Part shown: positions 55,458 to 63,315 of the stretch, piece by piece
Layout of the letters: each line of letters begins with the position of its first letter
Position numbering within the stretch: position 1 is the stretch's first letter
Assembly (NCBI GenBank): GCA_036556625.1
Contig: DATBJC010000118.1
Coordinates: forward strand, 14,877-78,876
Reading direction: 5' to 3'
Length of the DNA stretch: 64,000 bases
Source of the DNA: Gemmatimonadales bacterium
GTDB taxonomy: Bacteria; Gemmatimonadota; Gemmatimonadetes; Gemmatimonadales; GWC2-71-9
The notes under the pieces: generated by a model
What the model saw: the letters and a program-made list of their open reading frames with translations, nothing else
Databases searched by the model: none
What the model was told of the DNA's origin: nothing
Translations under genes and position numbers: made by a program

Positions 55458-55987
55458 GGCGAGCTTTTCTTTTTCACCCCCACCGTCGTCGCCTCCGGAT
55501 CCACCCGCAGCCCGATCCATTCTCCGACCAGCGCGTGCCCCGGCACACCGCAGAGCAGCCAGTACCAGCCCGGTTGATCCGCTTCGAACGTGGTATGATC
55601 CACCTGTCCGGCGGAAAGACCGGTGGTCACCGAGCGGCTCATCGCGTTGGTGAACGCCGGGGATCCCCCCTCGGTGGGCAACTTTTCGCGCTCCACCATC
55701 ACGACCAGGCTGTGCTTCCCCGTCGAGTCCGCCGAGCGCCAGTCCCAGGTGACGGTCCAACGGAGTGGGACGATCAGCTGGACGCCGCCGTCGCGAGAGC
55801 CGTTGAGCAGCGCGGATGGTGAGCCGGCCGGGGCGGTGACCTCGAGCGCGATGGTCACCCGGCGGGCCGCGGGGTCAGCCTTGAGCCAGGGCACCGACTC
55901 GGTGGTAGCCGCGGCTTGTGCCCCGAGCGTGGCGGCGGGTACCGGCGCCAGACCGGCCACGATGAGGAAGTATGCGGACGCCCGCAT
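55445..55987 (-). CDS. Cupredoxin-fold (sulfocyanin/plastocyanin-like) secreted protein
   Basis: 180 aa. Signal MRASAYFLIVAGLAPVPAATLGAQA. C-terminal loop GWYWLLCGVPGHALVGEWIGLRV (Cys-x4-His motif). Confidence 0.7.
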   Translation of the reverse strand: MRASAYFLIVAGLAPVPAATLGAQAAATTESVPWLKADPAARRVTIALEVTAPAGSPSALLNGSRDGGVQLIVPLRWTVTWDWRSADSTGKHSLVVMVEREKLPTEGGSPAFTNAMSRSVTTGLSAGQVDHTTFEADQPGWYWLLCGVPGHALVGEWIGLRVDPEATTVGVKKKSSPVSP

Positions 55988-56057
55988 GCGCGCTCTGGCC
56001 TCGTTCAGCGGTGATCGGTAGCTTCCCTCGGTCGAAAACTACATCAGGAGACCGGGG

Positions 56058-57575
56058 ATGGCGGGTTTGCTCTCGCGCGAACGGATCATCGCGAAGCCGA
56101 GCTTCAACCGATGGCTGGTCCCACCCGCGGCGCTGGCGATTCACCTGTCCATCGGGATGGCATACGGATTCAGCGTGTTCTGGCTGCCGTTGAGCCGGGC
56201 AATCGGCATCACCGAGCCGGTGGCCTGCCCCGCCGGCATGGGCTTCTTCGAGATGATGGTGACCCGCTCGTGCGACTGGAAGATCAGCACGCTCGGGTGG
56301 ATGTACACCCTCTTTTTCGTCTTCCTCGGCTCCTCGGCCGCCGTGTTCGGCAGATGGCTGGAGCACGCCGGTCCTCGGAAGGCCGGCGTCGTCGCGGCGT
56401 TCTGCTGGGCCGGCGGGTTCGTGATCTCGGCCCTGGGCGTCCACCTGCACCAGATCTGGCTGCTGTGGCTGGGCTCGGGCGTGATCGGCGGATGTGGCCT
56501 CGGACTGGGCTACATCTCGCCGGTCTCCACTCTCATCAAGTGGTTCCCCGATCGGCGCGGGATGGCCACCGGCATGGCGATCATGGGCTTCGGCGGCGGC
56601 GCTATGATCGGCGCCCCACTCGCGGACATCCTGATGAAGCACTTCGCCGGCCCGACGTCGGTGGGCGTGGAGGAGACCTTCCTCACCATGGGAGCGATCT
56701 ACTTCGTCGCGATGCTGGCGGGAGCCTTCGGCTATCGGCTGCCGCCGCCGGGATGGACGGTCGTGCCGCGTAGCCCCCGGCACCGGGCGCTCACCACGGA
56801 GCACGCGGCGCTCAGGAGCGGGATGATCACCGCCCGGCACGTCCACGTCGACCAGGCCTGGAAGACGCCGCAGTTCTGGCTGCTGTGGGGCGTGCTCTGC
56901 CTCAATGTGAGCGCCGGGATCGGCGTCATCGGGATGGCCTCGCCCATGATTCAGGAAGTGTTCGGCGGCCGCTTCGTGGGCATGCCGGGGGTGGCGCTCA
57001 AGGAGCTGGGCGACGCGCAGAAGGCCCAGCTCGCCACCATCGGCGCGGCTTTCGCCGCTCTGCTCAGCGTCTTCAACATCGCCGGCCGGATCAGCTGGGC
57101 GTCCCTGTCCGACTACATCGGCCGGAAGCGGACCTATGCCATCTTCTTCGCGCTGGGCACCGCGCTCTACGCCGCGGCCCCCTTCGCCGGGCGGATCGGG
57201 AATGTGGCGCTGTTCGTGGTGATCTTCTGCGTGATCCTGACGATGTACGGCGGCGGCTTCGCCACCGTGCCCGCCTACCTCGCCGACCTGTTCGGCACCC
57301 AGTTCGTCGGCGCGATCCACGGGCGGCTGCTCACCGCGTGGTCGGCGGCGGGGATTCTGGGGCCGGTGCTGGTCAACTACATCCGGGAGTACCAGATCCA
57401 GCAGGGTGTCCCGGCGGCTCAGGCCTACAACGTGACGATGTATGTGCTGGCCGGACTGCTGGTGGCGGGCTTCTTCTGCAACCTGGCGCTGCGGCCGGTC
57501 AACGAGCGCTACTACATGAGCGACGCGGAGCTGGAACAGGAGCGCTCGATGGGCGCGGCCCTGCGGCGGGCCTGA
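56058..57575 (+). CDS. MFS transporter, oxalate/formate antiporter (OFA) family
   Basis: 505 aa, CAGGAG RBS. NRWLVPPAALAIHLSIGMAYGFSVFWLPL, PDRRGMATGMAIMGFGGGAMIGAPLA, 12 predicted TM. Confidence 0.85.
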   Translation: MAGLLSRERIIAKPSFNRWLVPPAALAIHLSIGMAYGFSVFWLPLSRAIGITEPVACPAGMGFFEMMVTRSCDWKISTLGWMYTLFFVFLGSSAAVFGRWLEHAGPRKAGVVAAFCWAGGFVISALGVHLHQIWLLWLGSGVIGGCGLGLGYISPVSTLIKWFPDRRGMATGMAIMGFGGGAMIGAPLADILMKHFAGPTSVGVEETFLTMGAIYFVAMLAGAFGYRLPPPGWTVVPRSPRHRALTTEHAALRSGMITARHVHVDQAWKTPQFWLLWGVLCLNVSAGIGVIGMASPMIQEVFGGRFVGMPGVALKELGDAQKAQLATIGAAFAALLSVFNIAGRISWASLSDYIGRKRTYAIFFALGTALYAAAPFAGRIGNVALFVVIFCVILTMYGGGFATVPAYLADLFGTQFVGAIHGRLLTAWSAAGILGPVLVNYIREYQIQQGVPAAQAYNVTMYVLAGLLVAGFFCNLALRPVNERYYMSDAELEQERSMGAALRRA

Positions 57576-57658
57576 GGCGGGCAGCTCGGTGAGATTGCAT
57601 AAAATCACGATGTCCCGAATATTGTTTCATCAGGGAACTCTGCGGCGGGGAGGTCGGC

Positions 57659-57796
57659 ATGACACCTACTGACGAGCCGGTCGCGCCGTCGCGCGCGAGC
57701 TGGTTCCTGGTCGGCATCGCGTGGTTGCTGGTCTCGGTGCCGCTCCTCTGGGGCATCTGGACCACCCTGGCCAAGGCCGCGGTACTGTTCCGCTGA
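57659..57796 (+). CDS. 45-aa single-TM small ORF, candidate MFS-transporter small subunit
   Basis: Below the track cut-off; my own translation is MTPTDEPVAPSRASWFLVGIAWLLVSVPLLWGIWTTLAKAAVLFR-stop. GGGGAGG RBS 5 nt upstream. GC-rich third codon positions. Lies directly downstream of the OFA gene. Confidence 0.6.
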   Translation: MTPTDEPVAPSRASWFLVGIAWLLVSVPLLWGIWTTLAKAAVLFR

Positions 57797-58225
57797 GCCG
57801 GGCGGCCCGCCCCGAGTCCCTGGTTGGGAAGCGCAAGTTTTTGCACCGTAAAGAGTTGGATGAACTGGATCGGGCTAAGCTGGCCCACTGTCGGAATTTC
57901 GGGGACTTGACGCCCGGACCGCCCGAAACAGTATTGTAAGCCGTTAAATCACTTACCAATTCGTCGAAACCGCCCGGCGTCGCTGCCGAACGCCGCTCCT
58001 GCGGCCACCAGGGCCGCATCTTCGACATCGTACAAATGCAGCGGCACGCAGGTGTCGTCCGCCGGTTCCGCGGCAGACGTCCGGCGCCATGTTGACGGGC
58101 TACTCATTCGGAAGGTATTGCTCGCGGAAGGTATCGCTCGCGCGACCCGACCCGGTCGCCTGAGTCCGGAAGCCGGGCCGTCACCGACGGCCGAGGCGAA
58201 CCTTGACCCCCGAGGGAGAGTGCGT

Positions 58226-59884
58226 ATGACGATGAGGCCGGGATGGTCGGTGGTCCCGCTGCTGCTCCTGCTGGCCGGCCCGCTCGCCGCACAGGGCGGC
58301 GACTGGACGACCTACGGCGGCAACGATTGGAATCAGCGGTACTCCCCGCTCAAGCAGATCAGCACCGCCAATGTGGCGCAGCTGGTGCCCCGCAAGATCT
58401 TCCAGACCGGCATCGAGAAGCTGGGCTCCTTCGAGAACACGCCCATCGTGCAGAACGGGGTCATGTACGTCACCACTCCCTACAACACCGCGATGGCGTA
58501 CGATCTGAATACCAACAAGGAGCTGTGGCGCTACACCCACAAGCTGGGCACCACCATCTTCTGCTGCGGGCCCAACAACCGCGGCGTCGGGATTCACGGC
58601 GGGGCCCATGTCTACATGGGGACTCTGGATGCCCACCTGGTCGCGCTCGACGCCAAGAAGGGCGAAGTCCTGTGGGACAAGGAAGTGGCCGATCCGACCT
58701 TCGGCTACAGCATCACCCACGCGCCGCTGGTGGTGGGCGACAACGTCATCGTGGGCGTGTCCGGCGGTGAGTACGGCATCCGGGGCCACGTGACCGCTTA
58801 CAATGCCGGCAGCGGCGAGCAGGTCTGGCGCTGGTACTCCATCCCGGCCCCCAAGGGCGATCCCACCTTCGACGACAAGGCGCCCAACGGCTGGTTCGGC
58901 ACCTGGACGCCGACCACGCCCGAGGGCAACAATCTCAATCGCGACATCGCCAAGGAGAAGGCGGACAGCGGCAAGTACGCCGATTCGTGGCAGCGGGGCG
59001 GCGGCGGCGTGTGGATGACGCCGGCATACGACAAGGCGTCCAACAGCATCTTCGTCGCGGTGGGGAATCCGTCACCGGACCTCGACGGCAGCCTGCGGCC
59101 GGGCGACAATCTCTACACCGACGCCGTGGTGGCGATCGACGCCACCAGCGGCAAGACCAAATGGTATTACCAGACCGTCCCCCACGACGTGTGGGACCTG
59201 GATGCCGTCTCTCCGCCGGTGGTCGCCAAGGTGGGCAACCAGACGGTGGTGGTGCACGCGGGCAAGACCGGCTGGGTGTACGTGCTCGACGCGGCCACGG
59301 GCAAGCTGGTCCGCAAGAGCGACAACTTCGTGCCCCACGAGAACATCTTCGCGCTGCCCACGCCGGAGGGCACCCGGATGCTGCCGGGCGCCAACGGCGG
59401 CGCGGAATGGTCGCCGATCGCCATCGATCCCAGCCTGGGCTACGCCTTCGTGGCCGCGCTGCACCAGCCGATGCACTACAAGGTGCACAGCGCGCCGTGG
59501 GAGAAGGGCCGGCTGTGGCTCGGCTCCGCCTTCGTGGCGATACCGGGCGAAGAGCAGTACGGGCTCTACAGCGCGGTGGACCTCAAGACCGGGAAGATCG
59601 CGTGGCAGAACAAGGTGCCTCAGCCGATGATGGGGGGCGCGCTGGCCACCGCGGGCAACCTCACTTTCACCGGTGAAGGCAACGGCAACTTCAACGCGTA
59701 CAACTCGAGGACCGGCAAGCTGCTGTGGCAGTTCAACGCCGGCGCGGGCTGCAATTCCGCGCCCATGACCTTCACCCACGGGGGCGAGCAGTTCGTGGCG
59801 GTGGCGTGCGGTGGCAATTTCCAGCTGAGCTTCCCGCTCGGCGACGCGGTACTGGTTTTCGGCCTCCCCAAGGCCCGGAAGTAA
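58226..59884 (+). CDS. PQQ-dependent dehydrogenase, methanol/ethanol family (lanthanide-type signature)
   Basis: Track ORF 58052..59884. I prefer ATG 58226 (GAGGGAG RBS; signal MTMRPGWSVVPLLLLLAGPLAAQ). DWTTYGGNDWNQRYSPL, vicinal FCCGPNNRG (58562-58567), TVPHDVWDLDA (W-D-L-D at 59192-59203), GGAEWSP. Confidence 0.9.
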   Translation: MTMRPGWSVVPLLLLLAGPLAAQGGDWTTYGGNDWNQRYSPLKQISTANVAQLVPRKIFQTGIEKLGSFENTPIVQNGVMYVTTPYNTAMAYDLNTNKELWRYTHKLGTTIFCCGPNNRGVGIHGGAHVYMGTLDAHLVALDAKKGEVLWDKEVADPTFGYSITHAPLVVGDNVIVGVSGGEYGIRGHVTAYNAGSGEQVWRWYSIPAPKGDPTFDDKAPNGWFGTWTPTTPEGNNLNRDIAKEKADSGKYADSWQRGGGGVWMTPAYDKASNSIFVAVGNPSPDLDGSLRPGDNLYTDAVVAIDATSGKTKWYYQTVPHDVWDLDAVSPPVVAKVGNQTVVVHAGKTGWVYVLDAATGKLVRKSDNFVPHENIFALPTPEGTRMLPGANGGAEWSPIAIDPSLGYAFVAALHQPMHYKVHSAPWEKGRLWLGSAFVAIPGEEQYGLYSAVDLKTGKIAWQNKVPQPMMGGALATAGNLTFTGEGNGNFNAYNSRTGKLLWQFNAGAGCNSAPMTFTHGGEQFVAVACGGNFQLSFPLGDAVLVFGLPKARK

Positions 59885-59896
59885 CCCGTTGCACTC

Positions 59897-59933
59897 GGCC
59901 GGCGGGTGACCCGATGCCGGGTCCCTGCCGGCC
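59897..59933 (+). other. GC-rich hairpin between the PQQ-dehydrogenase gene and the next ORF (possible attenuator or weak terminator)
   Basis: ggccggcgggtgacccg-atgc-cgggtccctgccggcc. About 16 bp including a G-U pair, with a 1-nt bulge. Followed by acttcgtttcgc, which is only a weak U-tract. Ends 13 nt before ATG 59946. Confidence 0.4.
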
Positions 59934-59945
59934 ACTTCGTTTCGC

Positions 59946-60377
59946 ATGATGACTCGCTGGTGGTGGATGGCGTTGGGGGCAGTGGGAGCGCTCGCCGTAC
60001 AGGCGTGGTCGGCGCAGGACCCGGCCCGTCACTGGATCGAGCGCGACGGCACCGATTGGGGCCGGCTGGGGCATGAAGCACAGACCGCATACGTGGAGGG
60101 ATTCCTGGCCGGCGCGGCATTGGGCCAGGCGGCGGAGCAAGCCTGCTCCCAGCAGGAGCTCCGAGCGCAGCGACAGGGCTGCGAATGGGCCGGCGACTCG
60201 GCCGGTCTGACACGGACACTCGGAGAGCGCCGCCGCTCAGGCGGGTTCCGCTTTCCGTACGGCGCAAATGTCTACGCGAGCCGGATCAGCGATTACTACT
60301 GGTGGCACAACCACCGCCCCTTGCCGATCTGGTACGCGTTCTGGGAGGTGAATGCGGTCCTCACTCGCCCCCAATGA
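59946..60377 (+). CDS. Secreted hypothetical protein
   Basis: 143 aa. Signal MMTRWWWMALGAVGALAVQAWSAQ. No recognisable motif. Confidence 0.55.
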   Translation: MMTRWWWMALGAVGALAVQAWSAQDPARHWIERDGTDWGRLGHEAQTAYVEGFLAGAALGQAAEQACSQQELRAQRQGCEWAGDSAGLTRTLGERRRSGGFRFPYGANVYASRISDYYWWHNHRPLPIWYAFWEVNAVLTRPQ

Positions 60378-60475
60378 CATCCGCGTCCGCGCGCGGTCCG
60401 AGTTGCAGGTGCAGGAATTCGTCCCGGAGGTTGACTGTCGTTGGCGGTCATTTCTTCACTGAGGGAGACGCACCT

Positions 60476-61696
60476 ATGAAGCGAGTCGCACTGTTGTGCA
60501 TGGGTCTGGCGTTAGGCGCGGCGTCGATTGCCGAAGCCCAGCTCACGATGCAGATGAGCAACGGCTGGAGCTTCACCTTCGCCGGCAATGTGAACGCGTT
60601 CGCGGTCTACGACGACGTGAGCGATGGAGGCACGGCCACTCCCGGCGGCATCGTGCCCGCCGCCGATCCGCTGAGCGGCAAGGGCGCGTTCGGCATCCGA
60701 ACCGGCCTGCTGCCCGCATTCGCGGTGCTCGACGCCAAGGGCAAGGAAGGCGAGACCGACCTGGGCGTGCACTTCGGCTTCGCCCCGCAGATTCAATGCG
60801 CGTACTCCGGTGGCCAGAACCCCAGCGTGGGTGGTCAGGGCCACGACTGCTTCGGGGCCCAGATCGACATGCGTCAGGTCTTCCTGACCGTGGGCGGGGC
60901 CTGGGGCCAGATCCTCGCCGGCCGCGAGCTCGGCCTGTTCGGCCGTCAGGCCATCCTGAGCGACCAGACGCTCTTCGGCGTCGGCGCCACGGGCGGCCCC
61001 GATGGCGGCGGCACGACCCTCGGCCGCATCGGCTTCGGCTACATCTATCCGCAGTTCAAGGCCCAGCTCACGTACTCCACGGCGGCCGGCCGGCCCGGAC
61101 AGCTCTCGATCGGTCTCTTCCAGCCCGCCACCAACCCGCCCTACACCACCGTGCAGCTTCCGCGGGTGGAGGCCGAAGGCGTGTGGAGCTCCGGCAACAC
61201 CAAGATCTGGGTCGGTGCGCTGGCTCAGAACAACAAGACTCCGGAGCCCGCCAGCGAGACCGGGTTTGCCTGGGGTGGCAACGCCGGAGTTCGCTTTGGC
61301 ACTCCGACGGTTTCCGTGACGGCGACCGGCTACTATGGCAAGGGCATCGGCACCACCCTGATGTTCCTGGGCGGAGCCGGCGGGTCCGGGTCTGGTGGCG
61401 ACGACCTCCGCAAGTCCCTGGGCGGCTACGGCCAGGTCACGCTGACTCCGGCCAACAGCAAGGTCACCGTCGCCGGCAGCTGGGGCATCAGCATTCTGGA
61501 CGCCTCCACCGACGAAGAGACCCTCGCGGATTTCAAGACCAAGAACTGGCTGGCGTCCGGGGGGATCTACTACCAGGCCACCAAGTCGCTCAAGGTCGTC
61601 GGCGAGTTCAACTACGCCGTCACCGAGGGCAACGTTGACGGGGTCGACAAGAACAAGGAGATCGCTCCTGCGTTCGGCCTGATGCTCTTCTTCTGA
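60476..61696 (+). CDS. Outer-membrane beta-barrel porin
   Basis: 3' part of track ORF 60185..61696. ATG 60476 with GAGGGAG RBS. Signal MKRVALLCMGLALGAASIAEAQ. Alternating beta-strand pattern. C-terminal ...APAFGLMLFF. Confidence 0.8.
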   Translation: MKRVALLCMGLALGAASIAEAQLTMQMSNGWSFTFAGNVNAFAVYDDVSDGGTATPGGIVPAADPLSGKGAFGIRTGLLPAFAVLDAKGKEGETDLGVHFGFAPQIQCAYSGGQNPSVGGQGHDCFGAQIDMRQVFLTVGGAWGQILAGRELGLFGRQAILSDQTLFGVGATGGPDGGGTTLGRIGFGYIYPQFKAQLTYSTAAGRPGQLSIGLFQPATNPPYTTVQLPRVEAEGVWSSGNTKIWVGALAQNNKTPEPASETGFAWGGNAGVRFGTPTVSVTATGYYGKGIGTTLMFLGGAGGSGSGGDDLRKSLGGYGQVTLTPANSKVTVAGSWGISILDASTDEETLADFKTKNWLASGGIYYQATKSLKVVGEFNYAVTEGNVDGVDKNKEIAPAFGLMLFF

Positions 61697-61718
61697 TCGA
61701 ATCGTACGTCCTCGCAGC

Positions 61719-61756
61719 AACCGGCGGCCTCCTCGGGGGGCCGCCGGTTCTTTTGT
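61719..61756 (+). terminator. Rho-independent terminator
   Basis: aaccggcggcc (61719-61729), a 9-nt loop, ggccgccggtt (61739-61749), then cttttgt. Lies 23 nt after the porin stop. Confidence 0.8.
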
Positions 61757-61825
61757 CTCCCTGCTCCCCTTACATTTGGCGGCGCGACGACTCTCTTTCT
61801 CTCTTCTGACGAGGCGCTCTTGCCG

Positions 61826-62272
61826 ATGCGCTCCCCCGCCTGCCTGGTAGCCCTTGGCCTGCTGGCCGGCTGCAGCAACCCCCCGCTGGCCACGACGCTC
61901 ACCGCGACCAGTCCGTCACCGGCGCCGGACGTGTTCCAGTGTGCCCGCAACCAGCTCAAGGCGGTCAAGTTCAACCAGAGCTCGATCGATCTGGACGCGC
62001 AGCGCGTCACGGCCCGGCGCTACGACGAGACGGTGCGCCGGCCCGACGTGCAGTTCCGCCGGCTGGTCCATCGCCTGGAGATCGAGGCGGTGCCGTCGGG
62101 TGAGGACGCGGTCACCAGGCTCGAGATCACGGCGCGCACCTTCGGCGAGTATACCACCCAGCGAGGCCCGACCGAAACGCAGGAGAAGACCTCGGACGCC
62201 GCGCTCGCCGCCGCAGAAACCATCCTGCAGCGGTGCAGCCGTCCGGTGGATTCCCTCTCCGTCCCGGGCTAG
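61826..62272 (+). CDS. Hypothetical lipoprotein
   Basis: Track ORF 61820..62272 (TTG). ATG 61826 gives MRSPACLVALGLLAGCSNPP (lipobox LAGC). Confidence 0.6.
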   Translation: MRSPACLVALGLLAGCSNPPLATTLTATSPSPAPDVFQCARNQLKAVKFNQSSIDLDAQRVTARRYDETVRRPDVQFRRLVHRLEIEAVPSGEDAVTRLEITARTFGEYTTQRGPTETQEKTSDAALAAAETILQRCSRPVDSLSVPG

Positions 62273-62316
62273 CTTTCGCGCAACCGAAGCGATCCGCGAT
62301 TCCGGAGAGTGAACGA

Positions 62317-63315
62317 GTGGCGGTTCCGTTGGTCCAACTGACCCGCTCGGCGCCTGACGCGCCGGGTGGCCCTTCCCCCACCGCGCCGGCCCCGGCGCCG
62401 GTTCGCAAGCCGTCGTGGCTCAAGGTGAAAGCCCCGGGTGGCCCCAACTACACGCACATCAAGACCATGATGCGCGAGCTGGGGCTGCACACGGTGTGCG
62501 AGGAGGCCCGCTGTCCCAACATCGGGGAGTGCTGGGAGCACAAGGCCGCCACGTTCATGATCCTGGGCGACGTGTGCACCCGGAACTGCACCTACTGCGC
62601 CGTGGCGCACGGCACGCCGACGGCATTCGACCCGCTGGAGCCGGTCCGTCTGGCCGACGCCGTGGAATCCATGGGGCTGGAGCACGTGGTGATCACCTCG
62701 GTGGACCGGGACGATCTGCCCAACGGCGGCGCCGAGGCGTTCGCCGGCTGCATCCGCGAGATCCGCCGGCGGCTGCCGGCGACGACGGTCGAGGTGCTGA
62801 TCCCGGACTTCAAGGGCTCCGAGCGCGCGCTCCGGATCGTGATGGACGCCCGGCCCGACATCCTCAACCACAACCTGGAGACCGCGGAGCGGCTCTATCG
62901 CCTGGCCCGGCCGGGAGGCCGCTACGACCGCGCCCTCCAGCTGCTGGCCCGTGCCCGCCGGATGGTGCCCCAGGGACTGACCAAGTCGGGGATCATCGTC
63001 GGGATGGGTGAAGAGTGGGACGAGCTGCTGGTCTGCCTGCGGGACCTCCGGCGCAGTGACGTGAACATCCTCACGCTGGGCCAGTACCTGCGCCCCTCGA
63101 CCGGACACCTGCCGGTCGCCCGCTACTACGCGCCCGACGAGTTTGCCGAGCTGCGCGAGATCGGCATGCGGATGGGGTTCACCCACGTGCAGGCGAGCCC
63201 GCTGACGCGGTCGTCCTATCACGCCTGGGAGCAAGTGATCGCCGCCAAGAGCGGCGACCATCCCGAGCTCGAGCCTGGCGAGGACGAGGGACCTCTCCGC
63301 GCGGTGACCGTCTGA
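62317..63315 (+). CDS. lipA: Lipoyl synthase
   Basis: Track ORF 62233..63315. I prefer GTG 62317 (GGAGAG RBS, no overlap with the upstream gene). [23 protein letters not shown], radical-SAM [19 protein letters not shown]. Confidence 0.92.
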   Translation: MAVPLVQLTRSAPDAPGGPSPTAPAPAPVRKPSWLKVKAPGGPNYTHIKTMMRELGLHTVCEEARCPNIGECWEHKAATFMILGDVCTRNCTYCAVAHGTPTAFDPLEPVRLADAVESMGLEHVVITSVDRDDLPNGGAEAFAGCIREIRRRLPATTVEVLIPDFKGSERALRIVMDARPDILNHNLETAERLYRLARPGGRYDRALQLLARARRMVPQGLTKSGIIVGMGEEWDELLVCLRDLRRSDVNILTLGQYLRPSTGHLPVARYYAPDEFAELREIGMRMGFTHVQASPLTRSSYHAWEQVIAAKSGDHPELEPGEDEGPLRAVTV

